Of a stretch of 64,000 nt of DNA, positions 17,818 to 27,131 are shown piece after piece; position 1 is the stretch's first letter; each line of letters begins with the position of its first letter. Source of the stretch: a virus; IMG/VR virus record IMGVR_UViG_3300036818_000070, positions 16,166 to 80,165 of that record. One strand, 5' to 3'. The notes under the pieces are model-generated. The model was not told the origin of the DNA. It searched no databases and was given only the letters and a program-made list of their open reading frames with translations. A program made the position numbers and the translations under genes.

Positions 17818-18393
17818 ATGACCGTCAACATCGCTCGCTTCGAGGAGTCCAGCGAGATCGTCCTCGACAGCGAGACCATTGCCGCCGAGGTCAATGTCAC
17901 CTTGTCGTACGCGAGCGTGATGCGCGTCGGCGCACTCGTGGCAGTACACATCGAAGGCTCATACGTTGGGCCGACCGTCGCGCAGTTGTCCGCCGCGCTA
18001 TCCACCGGGGGCGGCGCGATCACCGAGCTGCCGGTTGACGAGCTTGAGGCAGCGGTCGCCGCCGGAAGCTACGTGACCACCGACGGCGTCCATACCCAGA
18101 CCTGGGTGACGACCGGAGCCGCCAAGAGCGCCACCGAGATTCCGGTGACCTCCCAGACGCCGACCTTCGACTTCCCGGTGGGACAGGACGTTGTGAGCGC
18201 GGCCGAGGCTGAGTTCGCCACCGCCCAGCTCCCCGCCGCATTCGCGCCCGGCGCGACGGTGACCCCGGTCTTCAGCGGCGACCTGACGGCGGTCAGCATC
18301 GACGCGGACGGAGTGCTGCACGTCACGCCGAATGCGACGGCTGGAGCCTTCGTCATCGACGCGACCTACGCCGCCGGGGTGGCCACACCCTGA
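17818..18393 (+). CDS. Putative virion-associated beta-rich protein
   Basis: T/V/A-rich, acidic; own late motif, AAGGAG RBS and terminator. Confidence 0.6.
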   Translation: MTVNIARFEESSEIVLDSETIAAEVNVTLSYASVMRVGALVAVHIEGSYVGPTVAQLSAALSTGGGAITELPVDELEAAVAAGSYVTTDGVHTQTWVTTGAAKSATEIPVTSQTPTFDFPVGQDVVSAAEAEFATAQLPAAFAPGATVTPVFSGDLTAVSIDADGVLHVTPNATAGAFVIDATYAAGVATP

Positions 18394-18431
18394 CGGCGGG
18401 TCTTCCGTAACTTCCTCCCGGTTCCAGGAAG

Positions 18432-18476
18432 CGAGAAAGGCGGTGCGTTCTCAGCGGTGCGCATCGCCTTTTTTCG
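18432..18476 (+). terminator. Intrinsic terminator
   Basis: AAAGGCGGTGCG/CGCATCGCCTTT with T6 run. Confidence 0.75.
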
Positions 18477-18479
18477 TAC

Positions 18480-18508
18480 TTGAAACTCTCCGCGTACCTG
18501 TGTACGTT
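18480..18508 (+). promoter_or_regulatory. Housekeeping-sigma promoter TTGAAA-N17-TACGTT (TG-extended)
   Basis: 17-bp spacer, directly after the terminator. Confidence 0.55.
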
Positions 18509-18552
18509 CGTCACAGGGATGATGTGACCGGCCGACAGGAGGCCAGGGAGAA

Positions 18553-18876
18553 GTGACGGACGAGAAGCGGGCCGCTGGCGGCGCCCCGCAAGTAACAACG
18601 AAGCACGCTCAGGCCGACGCGGCGATCACACTGCTGCGCGACGCCGCGAAGCTGGTGAAGGTGACTGGCGACGAGGCGGCCTATGCCAAGGAGCGCATTG
18701 TCGAGCTGACCGATGAGATCGGCGATCTGCGCGGCGACCTTGATAAGGCGCACGGCGAACTCGGCGACCTGCGGGAGATGCGCAAGCAGCACGAACGCAT
18801 CACAGACGGCATCCAGGACCTTCGGCGAGGCATCATCGACCTCGATGAGCTGGTGAAGATGGCGGCCATCGGATGA
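18553..18876 (+). CDS. Coiled-coil hypothetical protein
   Basis: GGAG RBS; heptad pattern. Confidence 0.65.
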   Translation: MTDEKRAAGGAPQVTTKHAQADAAITLLRDAAKLVKVTGDEAAYAKERIVELTDEIGDLRGDLDKAHGELGDLREMRKQHERITDGIQDLRRGIIDLDELVKMAAIG

Positions 18877-19196
18877 CACTCGACACGCACGACGCCGAGG
18901 AGCTGGCGATGCTTCTCCTCGCGCGCAAGTGGAAGGCTGGGGAACTGGGCAAAGTGCATCCCAGTATCGGCCGAATCTTCAACCGCAGCCTGCTGCTGGC
19001 GGGCGAGGAAGCGGTCCCGTTCGCTCGTGCGACCGACGAATCAGCCCCCAGCGTACCTGAGCTGATTCTTCGTGAGCATATGTGTGCACAAACGGTGCAG
19101 ATCGACCCCAAGATGGTCGCCGAGCGAGCGGTGATAACCCCAGAACGGTCAAGGCGGCTGCAAAACGAGCAGGTGTGTGCATATGACAGCGGGTGA
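18873..19196 (+). CDS. Hypothetical protein
   Basis: ATGA overlap. Confidence 0.55.
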   Translation: MTLDTHDAEELAMLLLARKWKAGELGKVHPSIGRIFNRSLLLAGEEAVPFARATDESAPSVPELILREHMCAQTVQIDPKMVAERAVITPERSRRLQNEQVCAYDSG

Positions 19197-19425
19197 CCAC
19201 GAGGAAGCCCGCGCGCTGCTCATGGACGCGCGCCACAAGCGGGGCGCACAGGTGATCGCGGAAACCAATGCGCGCGAGGCCACCATTCGGTTCATGGATT
19301 CCGCGCTCTTGGCGCTCTGGGGCTGGGACACGATCGGTAGGGAGCTGAACATCACGGCGACAGCCGCCCGTCGCTACTACAACCGCAACCGCCGACTGAT
19401 GCGCCCCGGCGCTGCCATCGGCTGA
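19183..19425 (+). CDS. HTH DNA-binding protein
   Basis: WGWDTIGRELNITATAARRYY. Confidence 0.6.
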   Translation: MTAGDHEEARALLMDARHKRGAQVIAETNAREATIRFMDSALLALWGWDTIGRELNITATAARRYYNRNRRLMRPGAAIG

Positions 19426-19438
19426 ATAGGAGGGGACA

Positions 19439-19852
19439 GTGCACGACCACGACGCCGGAGTGAAGGCGACGGTAAACCGCATCAGTGCGGGAGCACACCA
19501 CTATGTGGCGATCACGCGCAAGCGCATCGCCGAGGCGTTGGATGACCTCGACGCCGGAGAGTTCTGTGACGCGCTCAACAGCCTTCAGGAAGCCTGCCGC
19601 AGCGTGGGGCCGCTCGCTCACGCACAGTCGAACATCGGCGTCGCTGGAGGGTCTGATCTCGTACGTGTCGGCGACCTCGCCGTTGGCATGGAACTGACCA
19701 ACGTTGGTGAGATCACCGAGGTCGAGCAGATCGAGTGCGATGACCCCGACTGTGCCGGTCATGTCGTCGTTCGCGTCGGTGGACGCGAAATGACCCTGGA
19801 CCCGGACCTGGAGGCGTTCGTTGTCGCGGCCGAGGAAGCGCCTCCGGAGTGA
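19439..19852 (+). CDS. Hypothetical protein
   Basis: AGGAGG RBS. Confidence 0.65.
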   Translation: MHDHDAGVKATVNRISAGAHHYVAITRKRIAEALDDLDAGEFCDALNSLQEACRSVGPLAHAQSNIGVAGGSDLVRVGDLAVGMELTNVGEITEVEQIECDDPDCAGHVVVRVGGREMTLDPDLEAFVVAAEEAPPE

Positions 19853-20256
19853 GCGCGCGCGCCGAGGCCCTGCTGGCCCGCGCGCTCGCCGCCGAGGAGG
19901 AGGTCGAGCGACTGGGGGGCGAGATGGAGAAGTTCCGCCGGGTGCTCGGCAACGTGATGGAGGGGGACCCTCACACCGCCGTGCAGGCTTTGGCGTATAT
20001 CAAACGGTGTGAGACGGCCGAGGAACTGGTCAGGGACGCCCTACAGATCATGGAGACGTGGGACACGGCCGAGTCCAGAGAGCGGCGCAGCGTCTGGCGG
20101 ACGCGTGCCCACGCCGCGGTGAGCGCGATGCAAGTCGCCGATCGTGACGCCGAGGGCACGCTGCCGGACGAGAGCGAGTTCTGGCAGTCGGCGGCGGTAC
20201 CGAGCATCAGACAGAGCCTTGGGCAAATCTCGCGCGACAGAAAGAGGCGACAGTGA
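19849..20256 (+). CDS. Hypothetical protein
   Basis: GTGA overlap. Confidence 0.6.
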   Translation: MSARAEALLARALAAEEEVERLGGEMEKFRRVLGNVMEGDPHTAVQALAYIKRCETAEELVRDALQIMETWDTAESRERRSVWRTRAHAAVSAMQVADRDAEGTLPDESEFWQSAAVPSIRQSLGQISRDRKRRQ

Positions 20257-20525
20257 ACGCCGAGGCGGACGAGGTCAGCTACACCCAGTACCGCAACGCC
20301 TGCGCCGCGCTCGCGCGCATCGGCGAGCACCTTCAGACCGCTGACCCCGATGAGGCCGCCGAGCACTATTTGCCCGAGATGACACATCAGGTTGCGCTCA
20401 TCTTCAGCTTCGTCGGCTCCAACATGACAGCGCGACACGTCCCGCGCTACGCGCAAACTGTCGCTGAGTTGGAGGCCGCGAAGGACGGTACCCTTCCAAC
20501 CAAACACCAATCGCAGGAGGAGTAA
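20253..20525 (+). CDS. Hypothetical protein
   Basis: GTGA overlap. Confidence 0.6.
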   Translation: MNAEADEVSYTQYRNACAALARIGEHLQTADPDEAAEHYLPEMTHQVALIFSFVGSNMTARHVPRYAQTVAELEAAKDGTLPTKHQSQEE

Positions 20526-20528
20526 GCG

Positions 20529-21110
20529 ATGGAAGCATCAGAGGCCGGGCTCACGCCCGAGCAGGAGAACGCACAGTCCACCGATGAGCTGGCCGCAGCC
20601 GAGCAGGAAGTGGCAGCGACCGAAGAGACGATCGCGACCGAAGAGGCGGCGACCGCAGGCGACGAGGGTCCGGCGCCGACCGACGGCGGCAGCGCGACCG
20701 ACGGCGGCAGCGCGGACGGGGGAACCGACGGCGGCACGACCACCGACGGTGGCGGCACGCAGGCGACCGGCGATACCTCGGGTGGCGATGGTTCCGATTC
20801 GGACGGCGCCGACGGCGGCAGCGGCTCGGACGGCGGCAGCGGCTCGGACGGCGGCGATGGCAGCTCCACCGAGGGTCAGGCCCCCGTCGCGACGGAGCGC
20901 GACAAGATCATCGTCGGCGACAGCGGCATGTTCGAGCAGCAGCCGATGAACCCGGACAACGACGCCGACAAGGTCCACCGCACCTCGGCGCCAGCCGCCG
21001 AGATGCAGAGCGGCGTGCCACTGGCCGAGGACCGCGCCGCTGGCGTGGAGCCCGGCCAGCCGAGCGGAAAGACTCCGCCGCAGGGACCGCCCGCCGAGCC
21101 GACGGCCTGA
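20529..21110 (+). CDS. Acidic low-complexity protein with DGG repeats
   Basis: AGGAGG RBS; multiple xDGG units. Confidence 0.65.
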   Translation: MEASEAGLTPEQENAQSTDELAAAEQEVAATEETIATEEAATAGDEGPAPTDGGSATDGGSADGGTDGGTTTDGGGTQATGDTSGGDGSDSDGADGGSGSDGGSGSDGGDGSSTEGQAPVATERDKIIVGDSGMFEQQPMNPDNDADKVHRTSAPAAEMQSGVPLAEDRAAGVEPGQPSGKTPPQGPPAEPTA

Positions 21111-21238
21111 TGCCGTTCGGACCCTACATCTCGGCCGTGTTCACGTTGCCGACGACGACGACGACGAAGGTGGGCGGCCGTAGGCGCGACAAGCGCAAGG
21201 CCCGCGCCGCGCGCGGCGCACGACGGCGCAATCGCTAG
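21110..21238 (+). CDS. 42-aa basic peptide, not in ORF track
   Basis: TGATG overlap; ends RRRDKRKARAARGARRRNR. Confidence 0.45.
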   Translation: MPFGPYISAVFTLPTTTTTKVGGRRRDKRKARAARGARRRNR

Positions 21239-21316
21239 TCGCGATTCGTTGCACGTTGCGGGGAAGGCGTCCCTTGGGGCGCCTTCCGTCGTTCCGGCGC
21301 TGTAGCATGCCGCCAC

Positions 21317-21586
21317 ATGGCTGACCTGGCGGACGGCTCGGGCGCGGAGGACGCGCGCCTGAAGGAGAAAACGACCGATGCGTGGCATCGGGAACTCGAC
21401 GGCGGGCGCATCGAAGTGATGTGCAAGGCCCCCGGCTACCGGATTCGCGTGACGGCTCCGGCGGAGGAGGCTTGGCAGGCCGTCGAGATGTTCGAGCGCT
21501 GGACCGGGCTCATTGTTCGCTCAGATCGCCGACCGCGGCGCACGCCTAGCGTGCCCGCCGGACAGCTATCAATGACCGAACTGTAG
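21317..21586 (+). CDS. Hypothetical protein (possibly leaderless; TAGCAT just upstream)
   Basis: ORF track; -10-like box shortly before ATG. Confidence 0.55.
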   Translation: MADLADGSGAEDARLKEKTTDAWHRELDGGRIEVMCKAPGYRIRVTAPAEEAWQAVEMFERWTGLIVRSDRRPRRTPSVPAGQLSMTEL

Positions 21587-21596
21587 GTGGGCCGTA

Positions 21597-21833
21597 ATGA
21601 GTGAATCGACGTGCCAGGCGTGTGGCGCGAACATCGACATCGCGACCGTTGTCGGGACGGAGGAGCGCGTCGCCCTGGAGAAGTACACTGACGCCAGCAC
21701 TGATGCTCCGCGATACCGCATCGTGGGTGTCAACCCGCTGCGAGTCGAGAGGGTGCCGGATTCGGCGCCGGGCGACTTCTACCCTGACCACAACTTCGAC
21801 TGCAAGGACTCAAATGCCGGGCGAACGTTCTGA
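21597..21833 (+). CDS. Small Zn-binding protein
   Basis: CQACGA...HNFDC. Confidence 0.65.
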   Translation: MSESTCQACGANIDIATVVGTEERVALEKYTDASTDAPRYRIVGVNPLRVERVPDSAPGDFYPDHNFDCKDSNAGRTF

Positions 21834-22038
21834 GGCTGACCGCGTGCGGCTGCGCCTACGGGAACTCGGCCAACAGCGAGTGCAGCACGCTGCCGCTGGC
21901 GAGGAGCTTGCAGACGAGATCAAGAAGACGGTCAGGGAAGCTCAAAGCAGCAGCGTGCCTCTCGCTGAGGTTGCGCGCCTGCTCGGGCTCGATCGCTCGA
22001 CGCTCTATCGGACCTATCTCGATGGCGGGGAAGGCTAG
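21814..22038 (+). CDS. HTH DNA-binding protein
   Basis: VPLAEVARLLGLDRSTLYRTY. Confidence 0.75.
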   Translation: MPGERSEADRVRLRLRELGQQRVQHAAAGEELADEIKKTVREAQSSSVPLAEVARLLGLDRSTLYRTYLDGGEG

Positions 22039-22384
22039 CCTTGCGCGCCCAGCCCGCACAGAGTACGAGACCCTAACCAAGCACGACGCGCTCGGGCGGC
22101 CGGTGCTGACCCGAGTCTCGCCGTTTAGCTTCATGCAGGTGCTCGTCCGGGGCGGCCTGGCGCTCAACGAGGTCCCAGATAACCACTGGGCTAAAGAGTT
22201 CATCGACGGCGGCGACTGCGCGCGCGTCAAATGTGCGTGTGGCTGCGAGCCGGTGGTCCATATCGCGGCGATGCCGACCAAGTGTGAGTGTGGACGCTGG
22301 TTCTTCTTCGACGCAACTGGCGTTTACTCGATGTGCAAGCCTGGGCAGCGGGCCGACGCGCCGGAGGAGCCCGCCCCGGCGTAG
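22022..22384 (+). CDS. Cys-rich hypothetical protein
   Basis: CACGC...CECGRWF. Confidence 0.6.
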   Translation: MAGKASLARPARTEYETLTKHDALGRPVLTRVSPFSFMQVLVRGGLALNEVPDNHWAKEFIDGGDCARVKCACGCEPVVHIAAMPTKCECGRWFFFDATGVYSMCKPGQRADAPEEPAPA

Positions 22385-22390
22385 ATTAGG
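22375..22390 (+). promoter_or_regulatory. Putative late promoter, copy 2 (before lysis cassette)
   Basis: CCCGGCGTAGATTAGG. Confidence 0.7.
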
Positions 22391-22499
22391 AGCCGTGACG
22401 GTTGCAGGAGGGACTCAAAACCGTGCTAGGACAGGTCATTGGTGAAACCACTCAGCCCAGCGAACTCGTTGTCGCTCAACAGCCTCAGAGCAGGCCGGG

Positions 22500-22793
22500 A
22501 TGAACCGTCATCTGCCGCCGTTCCTTCTGCAACTGTTGGGTATCGCGATCTGCATAGCGAGTGTGGTCTACTACTTCGCGACACTGAACGTCAGCCTGTA
22601 TATCACCGGGCTGGGGTTCAGTTTGGCCACGCTGGGGACGGTGCAGAGGTTGTTCTCGGCGGTCTACGACGAGGTAGCAGGGAACGCGACCGACTGGGAG
22701 AAGCCATCAGAGCACTCCCGGTACTCGTTGCCGCAGCAAGAAGTGCTTCCAGAAGGAGACGACGGGTCATGGGACGGGGGCGAGCTGCCTTGA
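22500..22793 (+). CDS. Two-TM membrane protein (holin-like)
   Basis: Two hydrophobic helices, acidic tail. Confidence 0.55.
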   Translation: MNRHLPPFLLQLLGIAICIASVVYYFATLNVSLYITGLGFSLATLGTVQRLFSAVYDEVAGNATDWEKPSEHSRYSLPQQEVLPEGDDGSWDGGELP

Positions 22794-22987
22794 AGCTTCG
22801 CGCCGTGATTCTCGCCGCGCTGCTTGCCGTGCTGGTCCTGCTACTGCTGTCCTCCATCGCTGCGCACAGTCCGCTGGCGCTGTTCGCCTTCACAGTGGCC
22901 GCTGTGCTCGTGATCGGGTTGGAGCTGCATGACTCTGCGCGGTGCATCCAGCGAGCGAGAAGGCGTCACCATCATGTCCGACGCTGA
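22790..22987 (+). CDS. Small two-TM membrane protein
   Basis: Two hydrophobic helices, basic tail; TTGA overlap. Confidence 0.5.
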   Translation: MKLRAVILAALLAVLVLLLLSSIAAHSPLALFAFTVAAVLVIGLELHDSARCIQRARRRHHHVRR

Positions 22988-23525
22988 GCGTCGCCAGAAC
23001 GAGCGCCGCTGGGTCGATCGACCCGGCGAAAGCGCCCAGCTTCGTGCCACGGTCGCGCAGCACATCCAGGACCTGCGCGAAGCCGGAGACGATGACCTCG
23101 CGGCGCTGATCGAGGCGGTCGCGGTCGAGTACCGCTACTACGCGAAGCGCAATTGGGCGAAGGTGCGACAGATCGGGACCAAGGCTAGCCGCTTCATGAT
23201 CGCGGCCGGGGTCGTCCTGTGCTTCTACATCGCATTCGAGGCCGGTCTCGCCGTCGAGGAGCTGCACTTGTCACACCAGACACGTCACACGCAGCAGCAG
23301 ATTCAGCAGAGTCGCTACGCCAATGCGGTCGATTCATGCCGAACAGACGACACCCGCAACGCGGACTTCGTCAAGTTGCTTCAGCACTACACGACGCCCG
23401 CCCAGCGGCAGGCCAAGAACTACACCGAGGTCTTGCTGTTCGTGGACGCGCTGGTGCCAGTCCACGGCAATTGCGTCGCCTTTGCGCGCGGCCAGGTGGC
23501 GCTACCCGCCGGTCCACGCAACTGA
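22974..23525 (+). CDS. Single-TM lysis-cassette protein
   Basis: Central TM; C-terminal helical region with two Cys. Confidence 0.6.
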   Translation: MSDAERRQNERRWVDRPGESAQLRATVAQHIQDLREAGDDDLAALIEAVAVEYRYYAKRNWAKVRQIGTKASRFMIAAGVVLCFYIAFEAGLAVEELHLSHQTRHTQQQIQQSRYANAVDSCRTDDTRNADFVKLLQHYTTPAQRQAKNYTEVLLFVDALVPVHGNCVAFARGQVALPAGPRN

Positions 23526-23559
23526 AGTCCGTCTGTAGGCTGCTGTACGATGCCACAGC

Positions 23560-23934
23560 ATGGCCCCCTTGACGACCGACCGACTGGCCGAAGCGTTGCA
23601 GCTCGCCCGCGACTTGCTCGACCAGGACTCGGCGCACTACGAGCGCGGCCGGTTCGGCTTCGAGCTGGCCGCGGGCTGGCGGCTGGCGATTTCCCCGGAC
23701 GATGCGGAAAGGCTTCGCGTCGAGGTTGTTTCCGGGGCGCAGACCTGCGGTACGATGTGGACCCGCGCGACCGATCATGAGCGACTGGCGGAGCTTGTGA
23801 CGACTGCGCGAGATGAGGCACTAGCCCTCGAAAGGGATGATGATGCGGAAGGCACCTTGGTATCTGTGGGTCATCGTCGCCTGCGCGGCGGTCTGCTTGA
23901 GCCTATTCGGGCTCGGGCTCGCGGACGTCGGTAG
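23560..23934 (+). CDS. Hypothetical protein (possibly leaderless; overlaps lysin)
   Basis: TACGAT box before ATG; 98-bp overlap with next ORF. Confidence 0.45.
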   Translation: MAPLTTDRLAEALQLARDLLDQDSAHYERGRFGFELAAGWRLAISPDDAERLRVEVVSGAQTCGTMWTRATDHERLAELVTTARDEALALERDDDAEGTLVSVGHRRLRGGLLEPIRARARGRR

Positions 23935-25015
23935 CACCACCACCACCGTCACGAGGACGGTTACAACACCGTCGCGAACATCCACGACGGCGGCAGCGCA
24001 GCTCAAGGCACAAGCCGTGGCGCCGTGCGGCGCGAACGACAAGGGCTCGATGGGCGGTTGTGCGCCGAGGACATTTTCCGGCGCGATCACGCAGCCCGCT
24101 GGCGTCCTGTTCTGTGACCGCAGCAACAACAACACGCTTCAGTCAGGCGCCGCCCTCAAGGCCGAGGGCTGCCACGGGTTGATAGCCAAGGCGAACCAGG
24201 GCTCCTGGGACGACCCGACGACGGCCTCGTGGATAAACAACGCGCGGTCGGTCGGGCTCGCTGTCGGCGTCTACGACTTCGATGCCGACTACACGGTCGC
24301 GGAGGCGAAGGTGTTCGCTTCCGCCGCGCGTGCCGTCGCCATCACGCCGACGGCACGTAACACCTTCCTGCTCATTCTCGACGTCGAGTGGGGCTCGTTC
24401 AACTACACCGGCCTCAAGGCGCAGATCCACTACCTCGTGGGGCTCGGCTACCGGGTCGGCATCTACACGGGGGAGTGGTACTGGACGCCGCACGCTGGCG
24501 ACATCTGGCCGACGAACACCTACGGCTGGCTCTCTGGCTACCCGGTCGCAGTGACGATCACCGGCATGCCGACGAACCTCTATGTCATGCACCAATACAC
24601 CAGCTCGCCGCTCGACCAGTCGGTGTACTTCGGGTCCCTGGCGCAGTTCGAGGCGTTCGTGAACAACGCCCCCGTCCCGGTCAAGACGACCACCGCGACG
24701 ACGGCGACCAAGACCTCGACCACGCCGACGAAGAGGCGCAACCCCAAGGTCAAGCCGAAGCCCACAATGCGCCTGGCCATCGTCGTTGGACGCTACCCGC
24801 ACAAATCTGAGGTGCGCGTCCGGGCGGGATACGACCGCCGGGGACTCGGCGACGGCTGGTGGGAATACGTACCGAACCGGAGCGCCGCCAAGGGGGCAAC
24901 TCTCGTTGGCCGGTACGGGCGCAAATCGCAAGTGCCGGTCCGACGCGGTTCCACGCGCCGGGGACTCGGCGATGGCTGGTGGGAATACGTCAAGACCAAG
25001 GAGACGACGAAGTGA
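23837..25015 (+). CDS. Endolysin: N-terminal signal/TM, GH25 muramidase, two C-terminal repeats
   Basis: DRSNNN, IAKANQG, LILDVEW, GIYTG, HQYTS; Thr-rich linkers. Confidence 0.85.
   Translation: MMMRKAPWYLWVIVACAAVCLSLFGLGLADVGSTTTTVTRTVTTPSRTSTTAAAQLKAQAVAPCGANDKGSMGGCAPRTFSGAITQPAGVLFCDRSNNNTLQSGAALKAEGCHGLIAKANQGSWDDPTTASWINNARSVGLAVGVYDFDADYTVAEAKVFASAARAVAITPTARNTFLLILDVEWGSFNYTGLKAQIHYLVGLGYRVGIYTGEWYWTPHAGDIWPTNTYGWLSGYPVAVTITGMPTNLYVMHQYTSSPLDQSVYFGSLAQFEAFVNNAPVPVKTTTATTATKTSTTPTKRRNPKVKPKPTMRLAIVVGRYPHKSEVRVRAGYDRRGLGDGWWEYVPNRSAAKGATLVGRYGRKSQVPVRRGSTRRGLGDGWWEYVKTKETTK
24836..24990 (+). repeat. 35-bp near-identical direct repeat, 120-bp period (RRGLGDGWWEYV)
   Basis: 24836-24870 vs 24956-24990, one mismatch. 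Confidence 0.85.
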
Positions 25016-25932
25016 GCGCCACCCAGGAACATCCCCATTTCGCGCGGATGAGGTACGAGGCCGAGCATCAGGGCCACTTCTTCGCCACGCAGCAGCACGC
25101 CGACCTCATCAAGCTCGTGCGCGCCGTCAACGCACCCAGGCGCGTGCTCACGGCCGAGGAGCATCAGGTCCACCAGCCGAAGCTCGACCTGCGCAGCTAC
25201 CTCGTTGGCGACAACGAGGCGCCCGCCTCCATCTCGCGCGTGCTGCCACCGTTCGGGGACGCGTGGCTGAACGACACGCTCGGCGACTGCGGGGAGGCGA
25301 TGGCTCTCAACGGCATCCAGACCTTCCACTCGGCCGCTGGTACGGCGATTCCGCCCTTCGCCAACGCGGACGCCGAAACCCTCTATGAGCAGGTCGGGGG
25401 TTACGACCCGACCGCCCCGCTCGTGGACGGGCAGAACCCCACCGACCAGGGCACCGACAACAACGTGCTCGTGGCGAAGTGGAAGAACCCAGGCGTGTCG
25501 TGCAAGGCCGACGGCAGCCGCCACCAGATCGCCGCCTCGCTGTTCATCGACCCAGCCGACACCAACCTGACCAAGCTGGCCATCTGGGAGTTCGTCGTCA
25601 ACTTCCGTGCCTACGCGTTGCCGATCACGGCCGAGACGCAGCAGGGCCAGTGGAGCGTCGAGGGCGACGGCCAGACCGGCGACTCAGCGCCCGGCTCATA
25701 CGGCTACCACGACATCGCCCAGCAGGAATATGACGCGGCGGCCATACACATCAAGACGTGGGGCCTGCCGTGGCTGGTGGACTGGGACTTCGACACGACG
25801 TACGAGGTCCAGGGCTTCGTGGTCGTGACACGGGAGCAGCTCAGCCTGAAGGGCGTGAGCCCCGCGGGCGTTGACTGGACCGCGCTCAACGCGGACATCG
25901 CAAAGCTGCCCTCCAGCAATAGCAGCAACTAA
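25012..25932 (+). CDS. Papain-like cysteine peptidase (second lysin-like gene)
   Basis: NDTLGDCGEA (Cys), GYHDI (His), KTWG. Confidence 0.65.
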   Translation: MSATQEHPHFARMRYEAEHQGHFFATQQHADLIKLVRAVNAPRRVLTAEEHQVHQPKLDLRSYLVGDNEAPASISRVLPPFGDAWLNDTLGDCGEAMALNGIQTFHSAAGTAIPPFANADAETLYEQVGGYDPTAPLVDGQNPTDQGTDNNVLVAKWKNPGVSCKADGSRHQIAASLFIDPADTNLTKLAIWEFVVNFRAYALPITAETQQGQWSVEGDGQTGDSAPGSYGYHDIAQQEYDAAAIHIKTWGLPWLVDWDFDTTYEVQGFVVVTREQLSLKGVSPAGVDWTALNADIAKLPSSNSSN

Positions 25933-25969
25933 AAACCGTCCTCGCAAGGACAAAGGAGTCAGGAGTCAC

Positions 25970-26542
25970 ATGGACGTCAAGTCTGAGGTCGCGACGGTGG
26001 AAGCAGCCGTCAAGCCGACCTTCACTCAAGTAGAGAAGTTCGTTGCGGCGTTCTCGCCGCTCATCGCCGTGCTCGTCGGCTATGTCGCCACGCTGGTCGC
26101 CAAGGACTTCCCTGGCGTCAGCATCAACCAGGACGAGCTGATCTGGGTGTTTATCGTGGCGTTCGCCGGAGTGGTGCTGCTCGTCATCCGCTGGCTGGAG
26201 GCGAAGCACAGGGCGATCTTGTCCGACATTCAGACCGCCGCGCTGGCGCCAGTGCATTTCGCGGAGGGAATACTCGGCGATGTCACGTCGCCATTGACCG
26301 AGGCCGCTGTGGTCTCGCTCATCAAGAAGGAGCTGGAGTCACATTCCAGCGAGATCGACGCGATCATCACCGACCTGGAGAAGCAGCTCCCTACCCAGGT
26401 CGTGCAGGTGCTTCAGAACCTGCTGAAGGACGTCAATCTCGGCGATCTGCTCAGCGGCAAGGTGAACCTCGGAGACCTCCTGGCTGCCAAGATTACCCCG
26501 GCACCGGTCGCCCCGGTTGCTGCACCCGTCACCCAGTCGTAA
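25970..26542 (+). CDS. Holin-like protein
   Basis: Two TM helices after the lysins; tandem AGGAG RBS. Confidence 0.65.
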   Translation: MDVKSEVATVEAAVKPTFTQVEKFVAAFSPLIAVLVGYVATLVAKDFPGVSINQDELIWVFIVAFAGVVLLVIRWLEAKHRAILSDIQTAALAPVHFAEGILGDVTSPLTEAAVVSLIKKELESHSSEIDAIITDLEKQLPTQVVQVLQNLLKDVNLGDLLSGKVNLGDLLAAKITPAPVAPVAAPVTQS

Positions 26543-26547
26543 GGGGC

Positions 26548-26961
26548 ATGGCGCCCGGTATTCGCACGGAGTGGCACTTGGCTGAGCTAGTGACAACCGG
26601 AGACCCGTTCGAGGGCACCGCCTACTCGGGCGTCGAGATTCGTCTCGACGGCTCGGTGGCGGAGCTGTCGATCAACCTCCAGCGCCTGCTCGACCAGGAG
26701 GAGGGCCTGTTCAAGTTCGGGCTCACGTGCGACCTGAAAGACGCTGGGCAGGACTGCCGCTCCTGCCCGATGGCCACGGTCAACCCAGACGAGCGTCGGT
26801 CGGCGCTGTGTCGTCTCGGGAAGGACCAGTGCGCCCTGTCGGAGCGCATCGAGACGGTGCACGCTCCGCTGCAAGAGATCGGTGAACACGTCGGCGTGTT
26901 CATGGAGATGGGCCAGCTCGACGGCGAGTACGCCGAGCTGCTGGAGGCGGTGGGGCTCTGA
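26548..26961 (+). CDS. Cys-containing hypothetical protein
   Basis: C...CRSCP...C. Confidence 0.6.
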   Translation: MAPGIRTEWHLAELVTTGDPFEGTAYSGVEIRLDGSVAELSINLQRLLDQEEGLFKFGLTCDLKDAGQDCRSCPMATVNPDERRSALCRLGKDQCALSERIETVHAPLQEIGEHVGVFMEMGQLDGEYAELLEAVGL

Positions 26962-27131
26962 TGGACCCCATAGAGCAGCCCACCGCCACGGCTCCGCGTC
27001 CCGGCGGCCTGCCGCCATCCCCGGCTGCCCAGCGAGATCTCGCGCTGGCGCGACTCTTCACCGCGCTGGCTTCGCTGGCCAGCAAGGTGGAGAAGCTCGT
27101 TGATCGAGAGCTAACGGATGCTGGTCGCTGA
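26961..27131 (+). CDS. 56-aa hypothetical protein, not in ORF track
   Basis: TGATG overlap, GGAGG RBS. Confidence 0.5.
   Translation: MDPIEQPTATAPRPGGLPPSPAAQRDLALARLFTALASLASKVEKLVDRELTDAGR

Noticed and set aside
21150-21167. (CGA)n microsatellite as a phase-variation tract
   Set aside because: Short and in-frame (poly-Thr); slippage would not shift the frame
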